A DNA stretch of 64,000 nucleotides from Anthoceros angustus. Its lineage: Eukaryota > Plantae > Anthocerotophyta. Under the pieces are notes generated by a model. That model made no database searches and was not told where the DNA came from. It was given only the letters and a program-made list of their open reading frames with translations. The position numbers and the translations under genes were made by a program. The stretch covers positions 310,001-374,000 of the forward strand of contig VJWM01000178.1 of assembly GCA_010909165.1 (NCBI GenBank), written 5' to 3'. Below, piece by piece: positions 1-12,898 of the stretch (within the stretch, counting starts at the first letter, position 1; each line of letters begins with the position of its first letter).

Positions 1-1013
1 GGGGAGGGCTGATGGGCCAGGCTGGGAAGCGGCCGGAGGAGTCCCCTAGCAGCGAGGGGGATGTGGGAGGGAAGCTGGTGCATTTCGATGGCCCTCTGGC
101 CTTCAGCGTGGATGACCTTCTGCGAGCAACGGCAGAGGTTTTGGGGAAGAGCTCCTACGGGACGGTGTACAAGGCAACTCTGGAGGACGGGACTAGCGTT
201 GCTGTCAAGAGGTTGAGGGAAGGGATCGTGAAGGGGCAGAGGGAGTTCGAGACAGAGATCCAGGGGCTGGGTGCTATGCGGCATCCCAACCTGCTGGCTC
301 TGAGAGCGTACTACTGGGGCCCCAAGGAGGAGAAGCTGCTGGTGTATGACTTCATGCCTCTGGGGAGCCTGGCAGCGTTGTTGCATGGGAGCAGGGGCCC
401 GCAGACGCCTTTGGGCTGGAGCACAAGGCTCAAGATCGCCACCGGCACTGCCCGGGGGCTGGCATTCCTGCATGCCAAGGAGAGGATTGTGCATGGCAAC
501 CTCACGTCCAGCAACATTCTGCTGGATCGCCACATGTGTCCCCAGATCTCCGACTACGGCCTCTCCAGAGTCATGACCACGTCTGCCAACTCCACCGTCA
601 TCTCCACAGCCGGGGCTCTGGGGTACAGGGCCCCGGAGCTCACCAAGCTCAAGAAGGCCACCTTCAAGTCCGACGTCTACAGCTTCGGGGTCATCCTGCT
701 GGAGCTTCTCACAGGCAAGGCTCCCTCCGACCCCATGACAGGCACCAACCTCCAGTCGGCGGACACCACTCTCCCCGACTGGGTTACATCCGTGGTGAAG
801 GAGGAGTGGACCAACGAGGTGTTCGACTTGGACCTGATGAAGGAGTCTCCTCCCGAAGATGAGCTGCTCACCACTCTGCAGCTAGCCATGAACTGCGTGG
901 CTGGAGCTCCCAGCACCAGGCCCGACATCGAGGAGGTGGTGAGGCACCTCGGGGATCTCGCCAGCACTCCCTCCCCTAACCAGCAACCACTCCATGCCCG
1001 CCATCAGCTATAA
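1..1013 (+). CDS. LRR-III receptor-like kinase, kinase domain (IMK2/IMK3-like); gene begins before the window
   Basis: [13 protein letters not shown][28 protein letters not shown], [51 protein letters not shown]; stop TAA at 1011-1013. Confidence 0.92.
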   Translation, partial: GGLMGQAGKRPEESPSSEGDVGGKLVHFDGPLAFSVDDLLRATAEVLGKSSYGTVYKATLEDGTSVAVKRLREGIVKGQREFETEIQGLGAMRHPNLLALRAYYWGPKEEKLLVYDFMPLGSLAALLHGSRGPQTPLGWSTRLKIATGTARGLAFLHAKERIVHGNLTSSNILLDRHMCPQISDYGLSRVMTTSANSTVISTAGALGYRAPELTKLKKATFKSDVYSFGVILLELLTGKAPSDPMTGTNLQSADTTLPDWVTSVVKEEWTNEVFDLDLMKESPPEDELLTTLQLAMNCVAGAPSTRPDIEEVVRHLGDLASTPSPNQQPLHARHQL

Positions 1014-1261
1014 GGAGCCCATCATTCTTTCAATTCGTGTTTGCACTTGCCTGGATCTCTTATCTAGTCTAGTCAGCTTCTGCTTCATTCAGCGGATTTG
1101 TTGCATTTTTCTCTAGCTTTCTCCTCGGTCGACATGCCGACAGAAAGGTCTTCCAGTTGTCACACCATGTATGTACCAAGTATTTCGAGATTGTTTCTCC
1201 TTCGCACGCATTTCCTCGATTTCTCCGTCTCCTACCCAACACGCAAACACAGCACAGTGTA

Positions 1262-1315
1262 GATTTTTCATACCGGTGCGATTTTTCGTACCGGTGTGAT
1301 TTTTCGTACCCATAC
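1262..1315. repeat. 18-bp tandem repeat x3 (GATTTTTCGTACCGGTGT)
   Basis: Units start at 1262, 1280 and 1298; the third diverges at its end. Confidence 0.9.
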
Positions 1316-1693
1316 ATCAAGCAGAATCCCTGTAGACACGAGGGAACGTTGTTGTACAGCTCCGGGTGTGGTGGACTGGAAGCTGGGTTATGTTTCCCCT
1401 CACAAATGCAGATGCCATGGCGGCACTCGGTTTGTAGGCATGCACACCACGGGATGCTCTTGCGGCCTTTGCTCCGACTCAGGCCGGTGTCCCAGTGACC
1501 CTGCCAGTGGTGTAGCTTGCCATCTCCTCCTTGTTATTTACTCACTTCACCCTCGACTCCCGTTTGCAGATGCCGGCTCAACCTAGAAGTAGGGAGTTCT
1601 TGGCAGCTCCAGTCTCGTCGCCTTCTGCCTCTCGCGCGGTCAGGTGCTACTGAATTCAAGGCACGAGCTGCACGGAGATACAGGGGCAAGGGG

Positions 1694-3204
1694 ATGCTCC
1701 CGGAGATCTTGCCTCGATTGTTACGACGAGCTACCAGTCTCGCCACCATGAGGGTGTACGTGATTTCTGACTTGCATACGGACTTCGAGGCCAACATGGA
1801 TTGGGTGAAGAGGCTCTCGCCAGACTTGTATCTCCAGGATGCCCTGATTGTTGCCGGAGACGTATCAGAAGATTTCCAAGTTTTCAAGGACACCATGAGG
1901 GCGTTGAAAGGACTGTTCAAGCATGTTTTTTTCGTTCCGGGAAATCATGATCTATGGTGCCGAGGAAATGGGGAGGAGCAATGTGTGAGATGACTCGCCT
2001 GCTTCCCCTCTCTGCTGTTCTGCCAGACTGTGAACCAGAGGTTTCCTGACACGTGTTGTGGAGGTGGAAACAGGGGGACTCCCTGTCGAAGCTCGGAGCC
2101 CTGAATGACTTCTGCGAGTCCATTGGTGTGGAGACAAGGCCCAAGCAAGTCAACAACATATGGATTGTCCCTCTTCTCTCCTGGTACCATCAGGCAATAC
2201 TTCATGGAGCCTGTGCTCAGTTCTGTCCAATGGACCTGACATGTCTTTCTAACTCGAGTAGTATCACTGATCTTGCTTCTTCACGAAACTCCTACTCGTG
2301 CTCACCTTCACTGAATGGCTGTACAGAGCTTTGATAGAGAGCGAGAGATCGAGAGTCATACTTTTCCTCCTCCTGAGAAGGTCTGGACTCTACACCAAAC
2401 TCAATGCCAAGATGACTTGCGTTTCGTGTGATTGGGTGTGCCCTTTATCAATCTGTGGACTGACTTGTTTGTAGTTATGGTAGAAATGTAAAGATTACAG
2501 CGCATGCAAATGGCCAGGCACAATGGACAGCTCCACAGATGATCTTGCACTATACTTTGACGGGTTGAATGCAGTGAATGACGAGGTTGTCGAGGAGATT
2601 CACGCCTCGAAGAGCCCAGTCATTACATTCTCTCATTTTCTCCCGAGGTTATTGACATCTTAGTAGCTATGTTGCAATTTGGTAAATCACAGCAAGGTGC
2701 AAGAGGACTGACACGTCTTCGTTGCCAATTGGTGCAGGGTTGAGCTTTGCCCAGAAAAGCGGATGTTGTTCTACCCAAAGCTGCTAAAAATAGTGGGGTC
2801 AGATTGGCTTGAAGCCAGGGTAAGGAGAATCCATGGGGCATGTGGGAGCTCTTCTGCTTGCCATGTGTTTGGACACACGCATTTCTGCTGGGACACAACT
2901 CTGGATGGAGTGAGGTGATGTTCAACCGGTGCTTATCTAGTCTATCAACGTTCTTCAAAGTAAAAACCTTGTCCTGATATATACAACATGCAGGTACATC
3001 CAGGCACCATTAGCCTACCCGAAAGAAAGGGAGCGGCGCATGAATGGAGGTGAGGACTGGTTGCCCTTGTGTGTGTACGACTCGGAGACAGGCCTGGTGG
3101 ATGGACCACTGCCATGCCACTGGTCAGAGCACTACAGAATCCACAAGAGAGATCCAGAGAATATCAAGCTTGCTCCTTGGGTGGTTGAAAATCTGAGAAC
3201 CTGA
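1694..3204 (+). CDS. Calcineurin-like metallophosphoesterase (multi-exon; start uncertain, ATG 1694 or 1748, possibly upstream exons)
   Basis: Motifs ISDLH, VAGDVS, PGNHDLW, WYHQ/SFDRE, THSHF, FGHTH; last exon ends APWVVENLRT* at 3204. Confidence 0.85.
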
Positions 3205-5255
3205 CGGAAGTAGGTGGGAGAGCCTTTGCAGAAGGAGACCTACAGAGTCACCAGTCACCTTTGTGGACAGGCGATTTTCTCAGGACGTAGTCGAGACCCT
3301 TGACGGGAGAGTCATGCCAGTCATCTTCTCCCGTCAAGCCAGTCATCCCAGCCCTAATGGGGATGTGACACCATCTTTTTGGGCAGCACACGGTCATTTG
3401 TTGGTCGATCCCTTGCGCATCTAGCACACTGCTGCAGGGAATCCATTATCCATTATCCATCCCATCTGTGGGCAGATCCCTTTGTTTACTGAAAATAAAT
3501 ACTCAGCAACAAGACGTAGCAAAGCAGATCCTATCCGGTGACGAGTATTCGATCCCGTCCATCATCCACGTAGCAAGCATTTGGTGAATGGATCATGAGA
3601 CTCCCCCGCAAGGGTTCACAGAAATGACGGCCCCCCAAAGTTGGTTGCATTGATTACGGGATAGCGGTGTGTCCTGGAAGGAGAACTCGTGAAGCGTGCC
3701 CGTGGAACTGGCCGTGTCAGCGGGCAACCCCAACAAGAGACAAAAACAAAGGGTGGGAAATTGGAATGTGAAGGAATCAAACTCCCAGTGGGTAGGAGGC
3801 CTGAAAGCAGAGGCACTCGACGAACGCCGCCCTCGAGGCCTTGACTTGCCAAGGGCGTCAGCCACATGGTGGGAACAATAAGGTCTCATGTCTCATACAG
3901 TATCAGTGGAAGTGGTAGGTGTTGACGGACGGAAAACCATTTAGCCAGGACTGGACTGTGAGAAGAGCCATGGACAAACTTGAATCTCATGACTGACCTC
4001 CTAGCACAAACTATCCTCGTGCAAGTCCCTCAAGAAATCCCTGCTTCCAGAACCAACGACTTGAACCTTGGACGAAGTTGTCTTCACCAACCCAATACTC
4101 TGGTTGAGCTTGGAATGGGGAAGATACATGTCACCGGATTCCCCTCCATACGCCATAGTACATTCCGGCCTGATGAGGTGCGTAGGGATGGTAGTGTCTG
4201 CCAGACCCACTTTCGCCACTCGACACGTTTAGTTTGGCCATGGTGCCGTCTGAACTGGCACATCCGCCTATGTACGTACCTGGGGGCCGGCAGTGATGGG
4301 ACAAAAATGTTCGCCGTGGCGGATTTGGGGTAACAGACAAGAAGCTGAGGCCAAGATGAGTGCCCACAACCCACAGATTTTACTGTCCTTGGCGATCCGG
4401 GGCCTTGGGAAAGGCGGGCAACAGCACAGCGACAGGTACGCGAGGTTCGAAGCAAGTTGCAACAGCATGCGTATCAGTACCCACTGCCACTATATAACCA
4501 GTCTGCAGCTTCGTGAAACGTATCCTGTGGCAGCTGTGGCTGCTGGTAGGGGAGGGGAGCCGGGACGTGGGCCAATGGCGGCCAGCTAACTCTGACAAAG
4601 GTACAGCATGCCATGAGCTCTTTGTTCAGAGAGAAAGCGAAAAAATACTCTGAGGTGGGCATCCATCCACTCTCCTCTCCCGGTGCCCGCACCGGGGTCC
4701 AGCTCCTCCAGTCCACCAGTCCGAGACCTCGCCTCTCAGCGGTACAACAGTCACAGTCACAGCGGCTGCAGTTAGCCTGCGTCGACCTGCGAGGTGCCTC
4801 GCCCGTCCTGAAAGCTGCGAGAAGCTGCGATCACCAGTACAGTAACTATATGCTGGGATGGGAAGTTCGGGCAAGCAACCTTCTTGTGGAGAGCTAGCTT
4901 CTGTCACGGACAGACAGACCACGTTTGCTCCAGCTCCGACTCCGTCTTCTCTCTTCTCCCCAGGAGATATTCCAATTTCCACCGGCCCGCCCGAGTACTT
5001 GCTAGGCCTGCCGTTGCCACTGGACGAATTGCAATTGCCCACCATCGCACTCCACTTCAGTGCACTCCTGCTCGGGAGTCGGACGCTGCTGCCAGCTGGA
5101 TTCGAGCACTGCTCTTCCCCGGGCCGGGGATGTGCAGCCTCGCGTCATCTCATCCGGACACTGTGGACGAACGTGAATTTTAGCCTGGCCACAGGCGGAA
5201 GCAGGATCGGTAGATCACCTCGCGTAAACTTGCTCCAGCAGCGGGCAGGGAGGAG

Positions 5256-6608
5256 ATGGAGCGCCTGCGCCACAGCCTGGCCGTCGCCTTAGCCGTAGCC
5301 TTGGTGCTGGCAGTCTGCTTCCCCGAAGGAGGAATGTGTGCCGCGCTCTCGGTGGATTTCTACTCCAAGACGTGTCCGAACTTGGAGGCCATCATCCAGC
5401 CCGTGGTTGCACAAAAGTACAAGGAGGCATTCGTGTCCGCTGCCGGGATCACGCGAATTCTCTTCCACGACTGCATGGTGGAGGTGGGCGCTAAGACCCT
5501 CGTTCCAGGATTCAGCTCATGATCGCTTTCTTCAGCGGCTTCGGCTTGTGGACGAGCTTGGCAATGCTTGTGTCTGGAATGCGGGCTGTGGGACTGTGCA
5601 GGGGTGTGATGCGTCGGTGTTTCTGGTGTCGGCTGGTGGCAATGTTGCCGAGAAGGATGCGGATGACAATTTGTCCTTGCCCGGCGATGGGTTCGACGCT
5701 GTAGTGCGAGCCAAGACAGCTGTGGAGGCGGCGTGCCCCAACACCGTGTCCTGCGCAGATATCATCCAGATTGTTGCGCGGGACATGGTTGTCCTGGTAC
5801 ACTTACTGCGCTTGGCATCTTGAAGTTAACGCACGTACTTTGCTTCTTGTGTGCCGTTGCTCTGCTCATCATCACCGCCAGTGGTGGATGAACTTGATGC
5901 TATTGCTTCAAGGGAGGAGTACCCATTTTTCCTTTCATGTTTGTGATTTCTTTTGTGTCTACGCTTCCAGGCCAGGGGACCCAGCTGGGATGTTCTTAAA
6001 GGGAGACGAGATGGCAGAGTGTCCAAAGCTGCAAACGTGAAAGGGCAGCTGCCCGACCCCAGTATGAGCATTGATCAGCTCACTAGCATCTTCGCTGCTA
6101 AGGGATTGACCCAGGCGGATATGGTCACTCTCTCGGGTAAATTAGCGTCTTCTAATTAGCTTCCCTGTGCATGGATTGTGGAGAGGAGATTTAACACTGG
6201 CTGGCTTCTGCAGGTGCGCACACATTCGGGTTCGCCCACTGCGACAAGTTCCAGGATCGCTTCTACACATCACCGGCAGACACGTCCCTCAACTCCACCT
6301 ACGCAGCGGAGCTGACGCAAACCTGCCCCAAGAATGTGGATCCCACGATCGTCGCCTTCCTGGATGTCAACTCCAACACCAAGTTCGACAACGTCTATTA
6401 CAAAAACCTGCTCACCGGCTTCGGCTTGCTGCGCTCCGATCAAGCTCTCTGGACAGATGCTCGCACCCGCCCGCAAGTGCAGAAATACTCAAAGAAGAAG
6501 AGTACATTTTTCAACGACTGGACGGCTGCAATTGTCAAGCTGGGCAACGTTGGTGTCAAAACAGGAACGGAGGGAGAGATTCGAAAGGACTGTGCTGTTA
6601 TCAACTGA
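5256..6608 (+). CDS. Class III secretory peroxidase; exons 5256-5483, 5602-5796, 5971-6136, 6214-6608
   Basis: Signal peptide, FYSKTCP, RILFHDC (distal His), GCDAS, VSCADI, GRRDG, LSGAHTFG (proximal His), FDNVYY, LLRSDQ, GEIRKDC; canonical three GT-AG introns. Confidence 0.96.
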
Positions 6609-6980
6609 CCGCACCGCTGATGAAAGTGCTCATGACACAGCTGCATTGTACATCGCAGCGGCAAATTCTAGACTGAATACGGCCTGAGCGGCAGCTTTTG
6701 CTGGCAACCGCTTCTGCAACCAAAACCCAACTGCTTGATCAAACAGCCACCGGTGCAGGAATCTATCCGAGTTTCCACCATTGGGTCCGGTTGAGGCAGC
6801 GAATTCTGTCAGGTCTGGCCTGCAAAAAAACCTTGTCTCGTAAAGAGCTCTCCCTCCTTTTGGGAAAGTTGTTCTCGCATACGCTCACTGCATCATGCCC
6901 TCGTTCCTATCCATTAAGCTGCAGGCAACCACCTTGTGCTGGTCGAGCGTCATGAAGTTTGAAGTAGACATCCTAGAAGG

Positions 6981-7699
6981 TCAAGAGACATCAGATCCTT
7001 CCTTCCTGTCCACCTTCACATCCGCATCACTGTCATCTGACCTCGCCTGGACGGCAGTCAAATCCCCGCCTCCTGCCCCGGCTCCAGCTTCAGGTTTCGC
7101 AGACTCCAGTTTCTTTTGCTTCTTCTTCTCCTTGTGCTTTCGACGCTTGGCTCGTTTTTTTGCCGTGCGCTCCTCCGCAGCCCTCAACCTCTCCTCTCTC
7201 CTGGCTATGAATTCTGTCTCCTCCTTCCTTTTCTGGTAGTCTAACTCCATCCTTGCAATCCGATCCTGTTCCCTTCGACGCATTTGCCGATACTGCAACC
7301 ATGAGACATTTGGATATCAGTTCCAAACTCCGCGCCGTTGACCTACATGATCCCAACCCAACCAAAACCCAACCCGAATCCTGCCCTAAATCCTTCAGTG
7401 TCCACCCTGCACAAGAACCCGACACAGCAGCCTGAACAAGAGCAGGAAGCAGAGGAAAGGAGTAGGACCTGATGGAAGTCACCGGACCCAGAGCCAGCAG
7501 AGCTGCCAGAGGTGTTGCTGATGCGCACGGGGACCTGCTCGCTGATGCGCCGCAGCTTCGTCTCCAGGTCCTCGTCATCCCGCCTGTCCGCAGCCTGTGC
7601 CTCATTGAACACTACAATTTCCGAGGACTGATTCTCCGGCAGGGCCACGATCTGCGTGTTTCCATCCGTGTAGGTCTGCGACGTGGTGTAGCGCGGCAT
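6981..7699 (-). CDS. PRKRIP1: PRKR-interacting protein 1 homolog (DUF1168 splicing factor), 2 exons
   Basis: GSSAGSGSGDFHQ|YRQMRRREQDR and ERTAKKRAKR signature. Confidence 0.88.
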
Positions 7700-7956
7700 T
7701 GCAAAGCGGCCTCGAGTTGGGTCAGTGTAAAACGAACTCCTATAGAGTCGTGGCTTCTCCTTACATACCGTTAAAACCCTATTACAATATCCAACTTCAC
7801 AGCCTCAGGCAAAGACTGGTCGTCATAAGAGCTACATTCGCTTCGCCTTATCAATATATGCCGCCACTTCCTCGAATGGCAATTGCCTCTGATACAGAAG
7901 AAAGCAACCTCCGACAAAACCCTAACGCAGTCCAGCATAGTCTGCGTGACAAATCC

Positions 7957-8721
7957 CTATCTCGAGATGGGAGTGTGAAGCCGATTCTGCAGCCGCTCGA
8001 TAGCATCCACCGTCATCACCAATTTGTCATGCTGCAGGATGCTGTAGACATTTAGCCCCTGCACTGGCAGCACATCCGCATAGTGCAAATTCTTAGTAGC
8101 CCGGACCAAGGGCTCGTTCACTTTCTCGGATCCCTCCACAAACAGGATCTTCTTGCAATCCAAGGCTTGGATGTAGCGCACCATCTCCTGAGTCTTGTGG
8201 GACGGAGGCTCCGCAGAGTCGAAAACCATGAGCTTCCCCTCCGCCACACGGGCAGACAGAGCAACCTTCAGGCCCAGCCGCCTGACCTTCTTCGGGAGGT
8301 CGATCTCGTGGCTCCTGGGCTTGGGCCCGTGCGCAACAGCTCCATGCCGGAACTGCGGGCCTCGAAGAGTTCCGTGCCGAGCTTGCCCCGTACCTTTCTG
8401 AGGGAAGGGCTTCCTGCGCGTGCCGCTCACAGTGCTCAGGGTCTTGGTGGAGTGCGTTCCCTGCCGCCGCTTCGCCAGCTGCCACCGGACTACGCGCTGC
8501 ACAATGTCTTCCCGGATGGGCACATCGAACACATCCCCGGCCAGAAGCGCGGACCCCTTGTCTTCCAGCAGAAAGTTGGTCACCTTCACTTCCTGATCCT
8601 GCAACTTGCCTTGAGCCCTGGTCAGCACATGTAATGCAGCAGCACCGGAGCCGAAATTCCCTGAATGGAAACACCACCAATTCTGCACAGCCTTAGCCAG
8701 GCCAGAGCGAACCAGCGCCAT
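7957..8721 (-). CDS. RPL4: Mitochondrial ribosomal protein uL4m, single exon
   Basis: DVFDVPIREDIVQRVVRWQLAKRRQGTHSTKT, QKGTGQARHG, GPKPRSH, GLNVYSIL; N-terminal presequence-like extension; the true ATG is at 8721 (the track starts at GTG 8724). Confidence 0.93.
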   Translation of the reverse strand: MALVRSGLAKAVQNWWCFHSGNFGSGAAALHVLTRAQGKLQDQEVKVTNFLLEDKGSALLAGDVFDVPIREDIVQRVVRWQLAKRRQGTHSTKTLSTVSGTRRKPFPQKGTGQARHGTLRGPQFRHGAVAHGPKPRSHEIDLPKKVRRLGLKVALSARVAEGKLMVFDSAEPPSHKTQEMVRYIQALDCKKILFVEGSEKVNEPLVRATKNLHYADVLPVQGLNVYSILQHDKLVMTVDAIERLQNRLHTPISR

Positions 8722-8972
8722 CACAGCAGGTGCTTGCCGCTCACTCCGCTGCCTTCATTCGTCACGGATGGCGACCCGTTTCTGACAACCCCGACCATCC
8801 ATCGAGAGCCTCTTTACAACTAGGGAGCGATCGATCGATCTAGACCGACATACTGAAACAAGCTTTTATGGATGACCTTCGCGATTGGTGCTCGGCCCTA
8901 TATAAACCCTAAACCCTTTGATGGGCAATCAATGTTAGGCCGGAATATGAGAGAGAGCAAGGGGTCGTCGAA
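8722..8972. promoter_or_regulatory. Divergent promoter with tandem telo-box (AAACCCTAAACCCT, 8904-8917), GGCCC site-II-like motif and TATA-like TATAAA
   Basis: CTCGGCCCTATATAAACCCTAAACCCT lies between head-to-head RPL4 and UTP23. Confidence 0.6.
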
Positions 8973-10248
8973 ATGAGGGTGAAGAAGCGCAAGCAGGTGC
9001 GCCGAGCAGTGCGTTTCTACAAGGCCTGCTTAGGCTTCAGAGAGCCCTTCCGGGTGCTGTGCGATGGCAACTTCTTGCACTATGTTTTGCGAGAGCGTCT
9101 TGGGGAGCTCACTGACCTTCTTCCTGCGCTGCTGGGAGGTGCAACCAGAATTTTCGTGACCAGGTATTGTGCAAGTGATGGGCTTGAGGCTTGGATTGGT
9201 GATTGCGTGCTGACTCCTGCTGTTTGCAACCAGGTGCGTTACTGCTGAGTTGAAGAGTCTGGGAAATGACTTCTCGGAGACTGTTTTGGCTGCAAGGAAG
9301 CTGGCTCTTGCACAGTACGTGGATTCATCTTCACCTGGATTGATTGATGAGGTTTTTATCAGTTTAGGGCAGGAACTGTATTTAAATTGTTGCAGTTTCA
9401 CGCGATAACAGGTGCAACCATGAAAGCCCAAAGTCTGCAGCCGAGTGTCTGGAGGACATGGTTGGCAGCGAGAATGCTGAACATTACTTCGTTGCCACTC
9501 AAGATGTGGAACTCAGGAAGAAATTTCGAAAGGTCCGTGTTCCGTCCTGTGAGCTGCAATAGGCTTGGACAAAGATTTGTAGTGAAACTGACAACTTGAA
9601 ATGCAACTGCTGGCAGGTTCATGGTGGAGCACTTATCTTTGCAAAAATGAAGCATCTGGTAATTGAGCCCCCGTCTGAGAAGCAACAAGCGCTTGCACGT
9701 CGAAATGAATCAAATCAATCGCACTTGAAACCCAGAGAGGTCAAAATCGTGGAAGCACGAGAAGAAAAGAAGGAAAGTTTGAAAGCTGACACTGAACGGA
9801 ATCACGACGACGAGCACAGACCTCGTGTTGCTTCGTCTAGCAGAAGACCGAAGGCTTTAGGAATTCAGGACAAGCCTCAGTTCAAGCGCAAGAAAGCGAA
9901 GGTACGGAAGACTGATACTTATTATCCGTCTTGCAAGTCTTGAACGGAGGAATAATGTTACACAGATGACCATGTCATGTGTTTTTCAGGGTCCTAATCC
10001 CCTGTCTTGCAAGAAGAAAGACAGTGAAACCAAGAAGCTGAAGAGAGCAGATAGTGAAGTCACGGTTGCCAGCAGGGTGAGCACCTCCTCTTGCTGTTCA
10101 CCTTCTTTTAGCTTAAGACCACCGTTAAGATCGAATATTGGCTACTCAGGTTGAATCTCAAGGCGAGCCTAACAAGCGATCCAGGAAGCGAGTAAGGCAC
10201 CGGGGGAACTCAAAGCAATTTCCCGTGCAGGAGAAAATGGAAGGCTAA
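8973..10248 (+). CDS. UTP23: rRNA-processing protein UTP23 (Fcf1/PIN family), multi-exon
   Basis: MRVKKRK..FYK.C.GFREPFRVLCDGNF, CNHE...AECL, HYFVATQD, KGPNPLSCKKK; last exon ends EKMEG* at 10248. Confidence 0.9.
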
Positions 10249-10482
10249 TTTTGAGAAATCCACAATGGTTATGTTTGGGGGTTTTAGACATCAGAACGTA
10301 AGGGGGCCTCCTCTCCACATGATCAGAGAATGTACAGGTGAATGGATGATTTGTCAGAGCAACACGGACTATGTTTCAGCGTTGGATCTCAACTGTCACA
10401 ATTAGATGCATACACCAAACTGGTATTGTATCTCAAGTGGCAACGAAAGCCTTCAATGCACTTAAATCCAAACCTCCTGTGA

Positions 10483-12898
10483 CTAGCTAGTGCCTCCGCA
10501 CATGCACTCAGGAGCAGGATATGTAAAAATGGATTGTTTGGGCTGCCGAAGCCTGACGTGCCCGATCCTGTACCTATGGCCAAGCACAACTTTCTGGGAG
10601 AAATCTGACCAAGGAATGGTGGTATTGGCAAAAAGTCCGGCCAATAGCTTCATATCGGGTCTGATTGTTTTTTGCACATTTTGGAAGGTCCTGTGCCCAA
10701 CCTGTTGCAAACATGAGGACGTTGAGCATGACCGAAGTGTGAGTTTTTTACTAAGAACAGTGCATACGACTGAAGCTGAAGGTGAAGCTCGTACCAGCGC
10801 GTTGTGCATGTTCCCTGGTGATGCTGAAATGAAAACGTCGCTGTGTAGTGACACAAAATAATCCAGTGCTGCCGACAGTGACGCCCTGTCCTGGAATGGT
10901 CTCAGCTCCTCGTCTGTCGTCAGACTCTTCTTGTCCATCAGGAGGGGAAATAACTGGCGTAGTGCAGACATCCTTGCTTTGCCACCATACACCTAGACGA
11001 TGAAATAAAGATATTAAACACAGCTGCCTCGATGGCAAAGCTGCCGTTAACCAGACAGAAGCGACAATCAAAACAATAAGCAGCGTCACCTTGTGAGAGG
11101 CCAAGTAAACTCGAGTGCTACTATCGAAACCAAGGGCAGCTAAAGCAATCCCAATCTCTTCAGGTGTCAATGGGCATTTGCCATGCTCACGTAGATGCTC
11201 AGCGGAGAAGTAAGACTTTTTGACTCGCCCTTGCCAAATAGCCTGTCGGTACTTTGCAAGTGCAAGCCGTTCAGACTTGCCACCGCCAAAGTCGCAGGCA
11301 GAATGGGCAGCCATGTCCTGCACCAGCGAAGTGCAAAAGTCAATGCAGTAAACCATCAGTTACTTCACAAGAGGTTGCCCGCAAGGATTCCACATCAGGA
11401 GCATCTTACTTTGTCAAACCTCAGGTGTAGAGCCACATACTTGAAAGGTTGACCCTGCACTCCATAACCCGAAAGAGCATCCCTCTCCGATTTCTCCGAT
11501 GGCATCTCCCGCAAACCATGCAGCCGCTTTACGATGGCATCCCCCACTGAGGTGATTGCAGGCACAAACTGTAAGGCTTCAAAGTTGACCCAGCAGCGAA
11601 GCCTCTGAATCTCATACGGGATGCCATCAAAAGCTAGTCTGTGGGAAAACGGAGCAATTGCAACAATGCCATGGCTGGTAGAAGAGATGGAAGGTAGTTA
11701 GCTCCTTAGTTACCCCTGACAAAGAAGGGACATCAAACAACACCTTAAGCAGTACCAAGCAGAGAAAAACCTTAGAACATACCTCTGTAACAAGGGCAAT
11801 ACATTTGTGATGTACCAATCAGGTGATGCAAGCGATGGTGCAGTTTTCACTCTGGTGGCTCGGAACCCGGTACCATAGTATTCACGGGTGCTCCAGCTGT
11901 ATCTTTCTGGCAGTTCTTTCACAACCCTCACAACTCCTTTAAGGGATCCAATAAAATGGTCCACATCAAATATATCTGCAAATGAGCTGCAAACGAGTCA
12001 TTTCAAACAACAACATCCAGACAAGAACACACTCCCGATGAAGTTATCACATCCTCGTCAGGTAAAGGCTCATAAATCGGGCACCTGGAGTCTTTCCAAA
12101 AGGGGTTTACGTCAAAGTGTGGAAGCACAAGAGTAGCATTCAACAAAGCTGCCACAGCAACAGCATCGCAGATCTGCAACCCAAGTCACATTTGCAGTGA
12201 GGTAATAGTGTTATCACAAAGGATTTCCCAGTCAACAGCAGAGTACGGCACCAACCCCCATACGCTGTTGATTAAGGCCCCCTTCCAGAAAGACCTGAAC
12301 GTACCCTACTGTGCTTCCTGGTGCAGCTGAACAGGAAGCCAGTTGTGCGAATCAAGTCAAAACCAAGAAAGATGCGACTTCAATGACTATGCTCAATGCT
12401 TCATGACATGTTCTCTGAGAGCGGGGAACCAACCAGGACCACTCGCCGGGGGATGAAAACAGGGCCGCCAGCCTTCTGGCTGAGGTGGTGTCCACAAGTC
12501 TGATGGTTTTTTGTCACTCTGCAGAACAGGTCCACAGACAATTACTTTGCCTGCGAAAACTCGTTGTTTGATGCGACAATCACTGATGGCAGTCACAGGA
12601 CAAGTCATTACCAGACGTGCTTTCACAATGGAATCTAACAGATCTGCATGCCAAGTCCTCGGTGGCTCCCATTCCTGCAGACCAGCGTACCAAAATTGGT
12701 CAAAGGGCCATGAGGAAAACTGTTAGGATGGTGAAATCCCTGTCAAGCTGTCAAGTTGCCTACCGAAAAGAGGGTGGACCGCCACGCTGATGGATTGTCA
12801 TACAAGCGAGGGCATAAGATCGGCAGCAGTAACACACTAGCAAGCAGCACGAAAAGAGGAGCGCCCACCGGCGTGTCCTCGTAGCTAGCCTTCCTCAT
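10483..12898 (-). CDS. O-fucosyltransferase-family (PF10250/GT106) type II membrane glycosyltransferase, multi-exon
   Basis: N-terminal TM LFVLLASVLLLPIL; MAAHSACDFGGG, GKCPLTPEE, LAALGF, YLASHK|VYGG, AALDYFVSLHSDVFISASPGNMHNAL|VGHR. Confidence 0.9.

Noticed and set aside
3590-4600. Possible decayed LINE or gene fragment (FQFP..LLGLP, KTTSSKVQV on the minus strand)
   Set aside because: Motif matches are too short; no continuous homology recognisable by eye.
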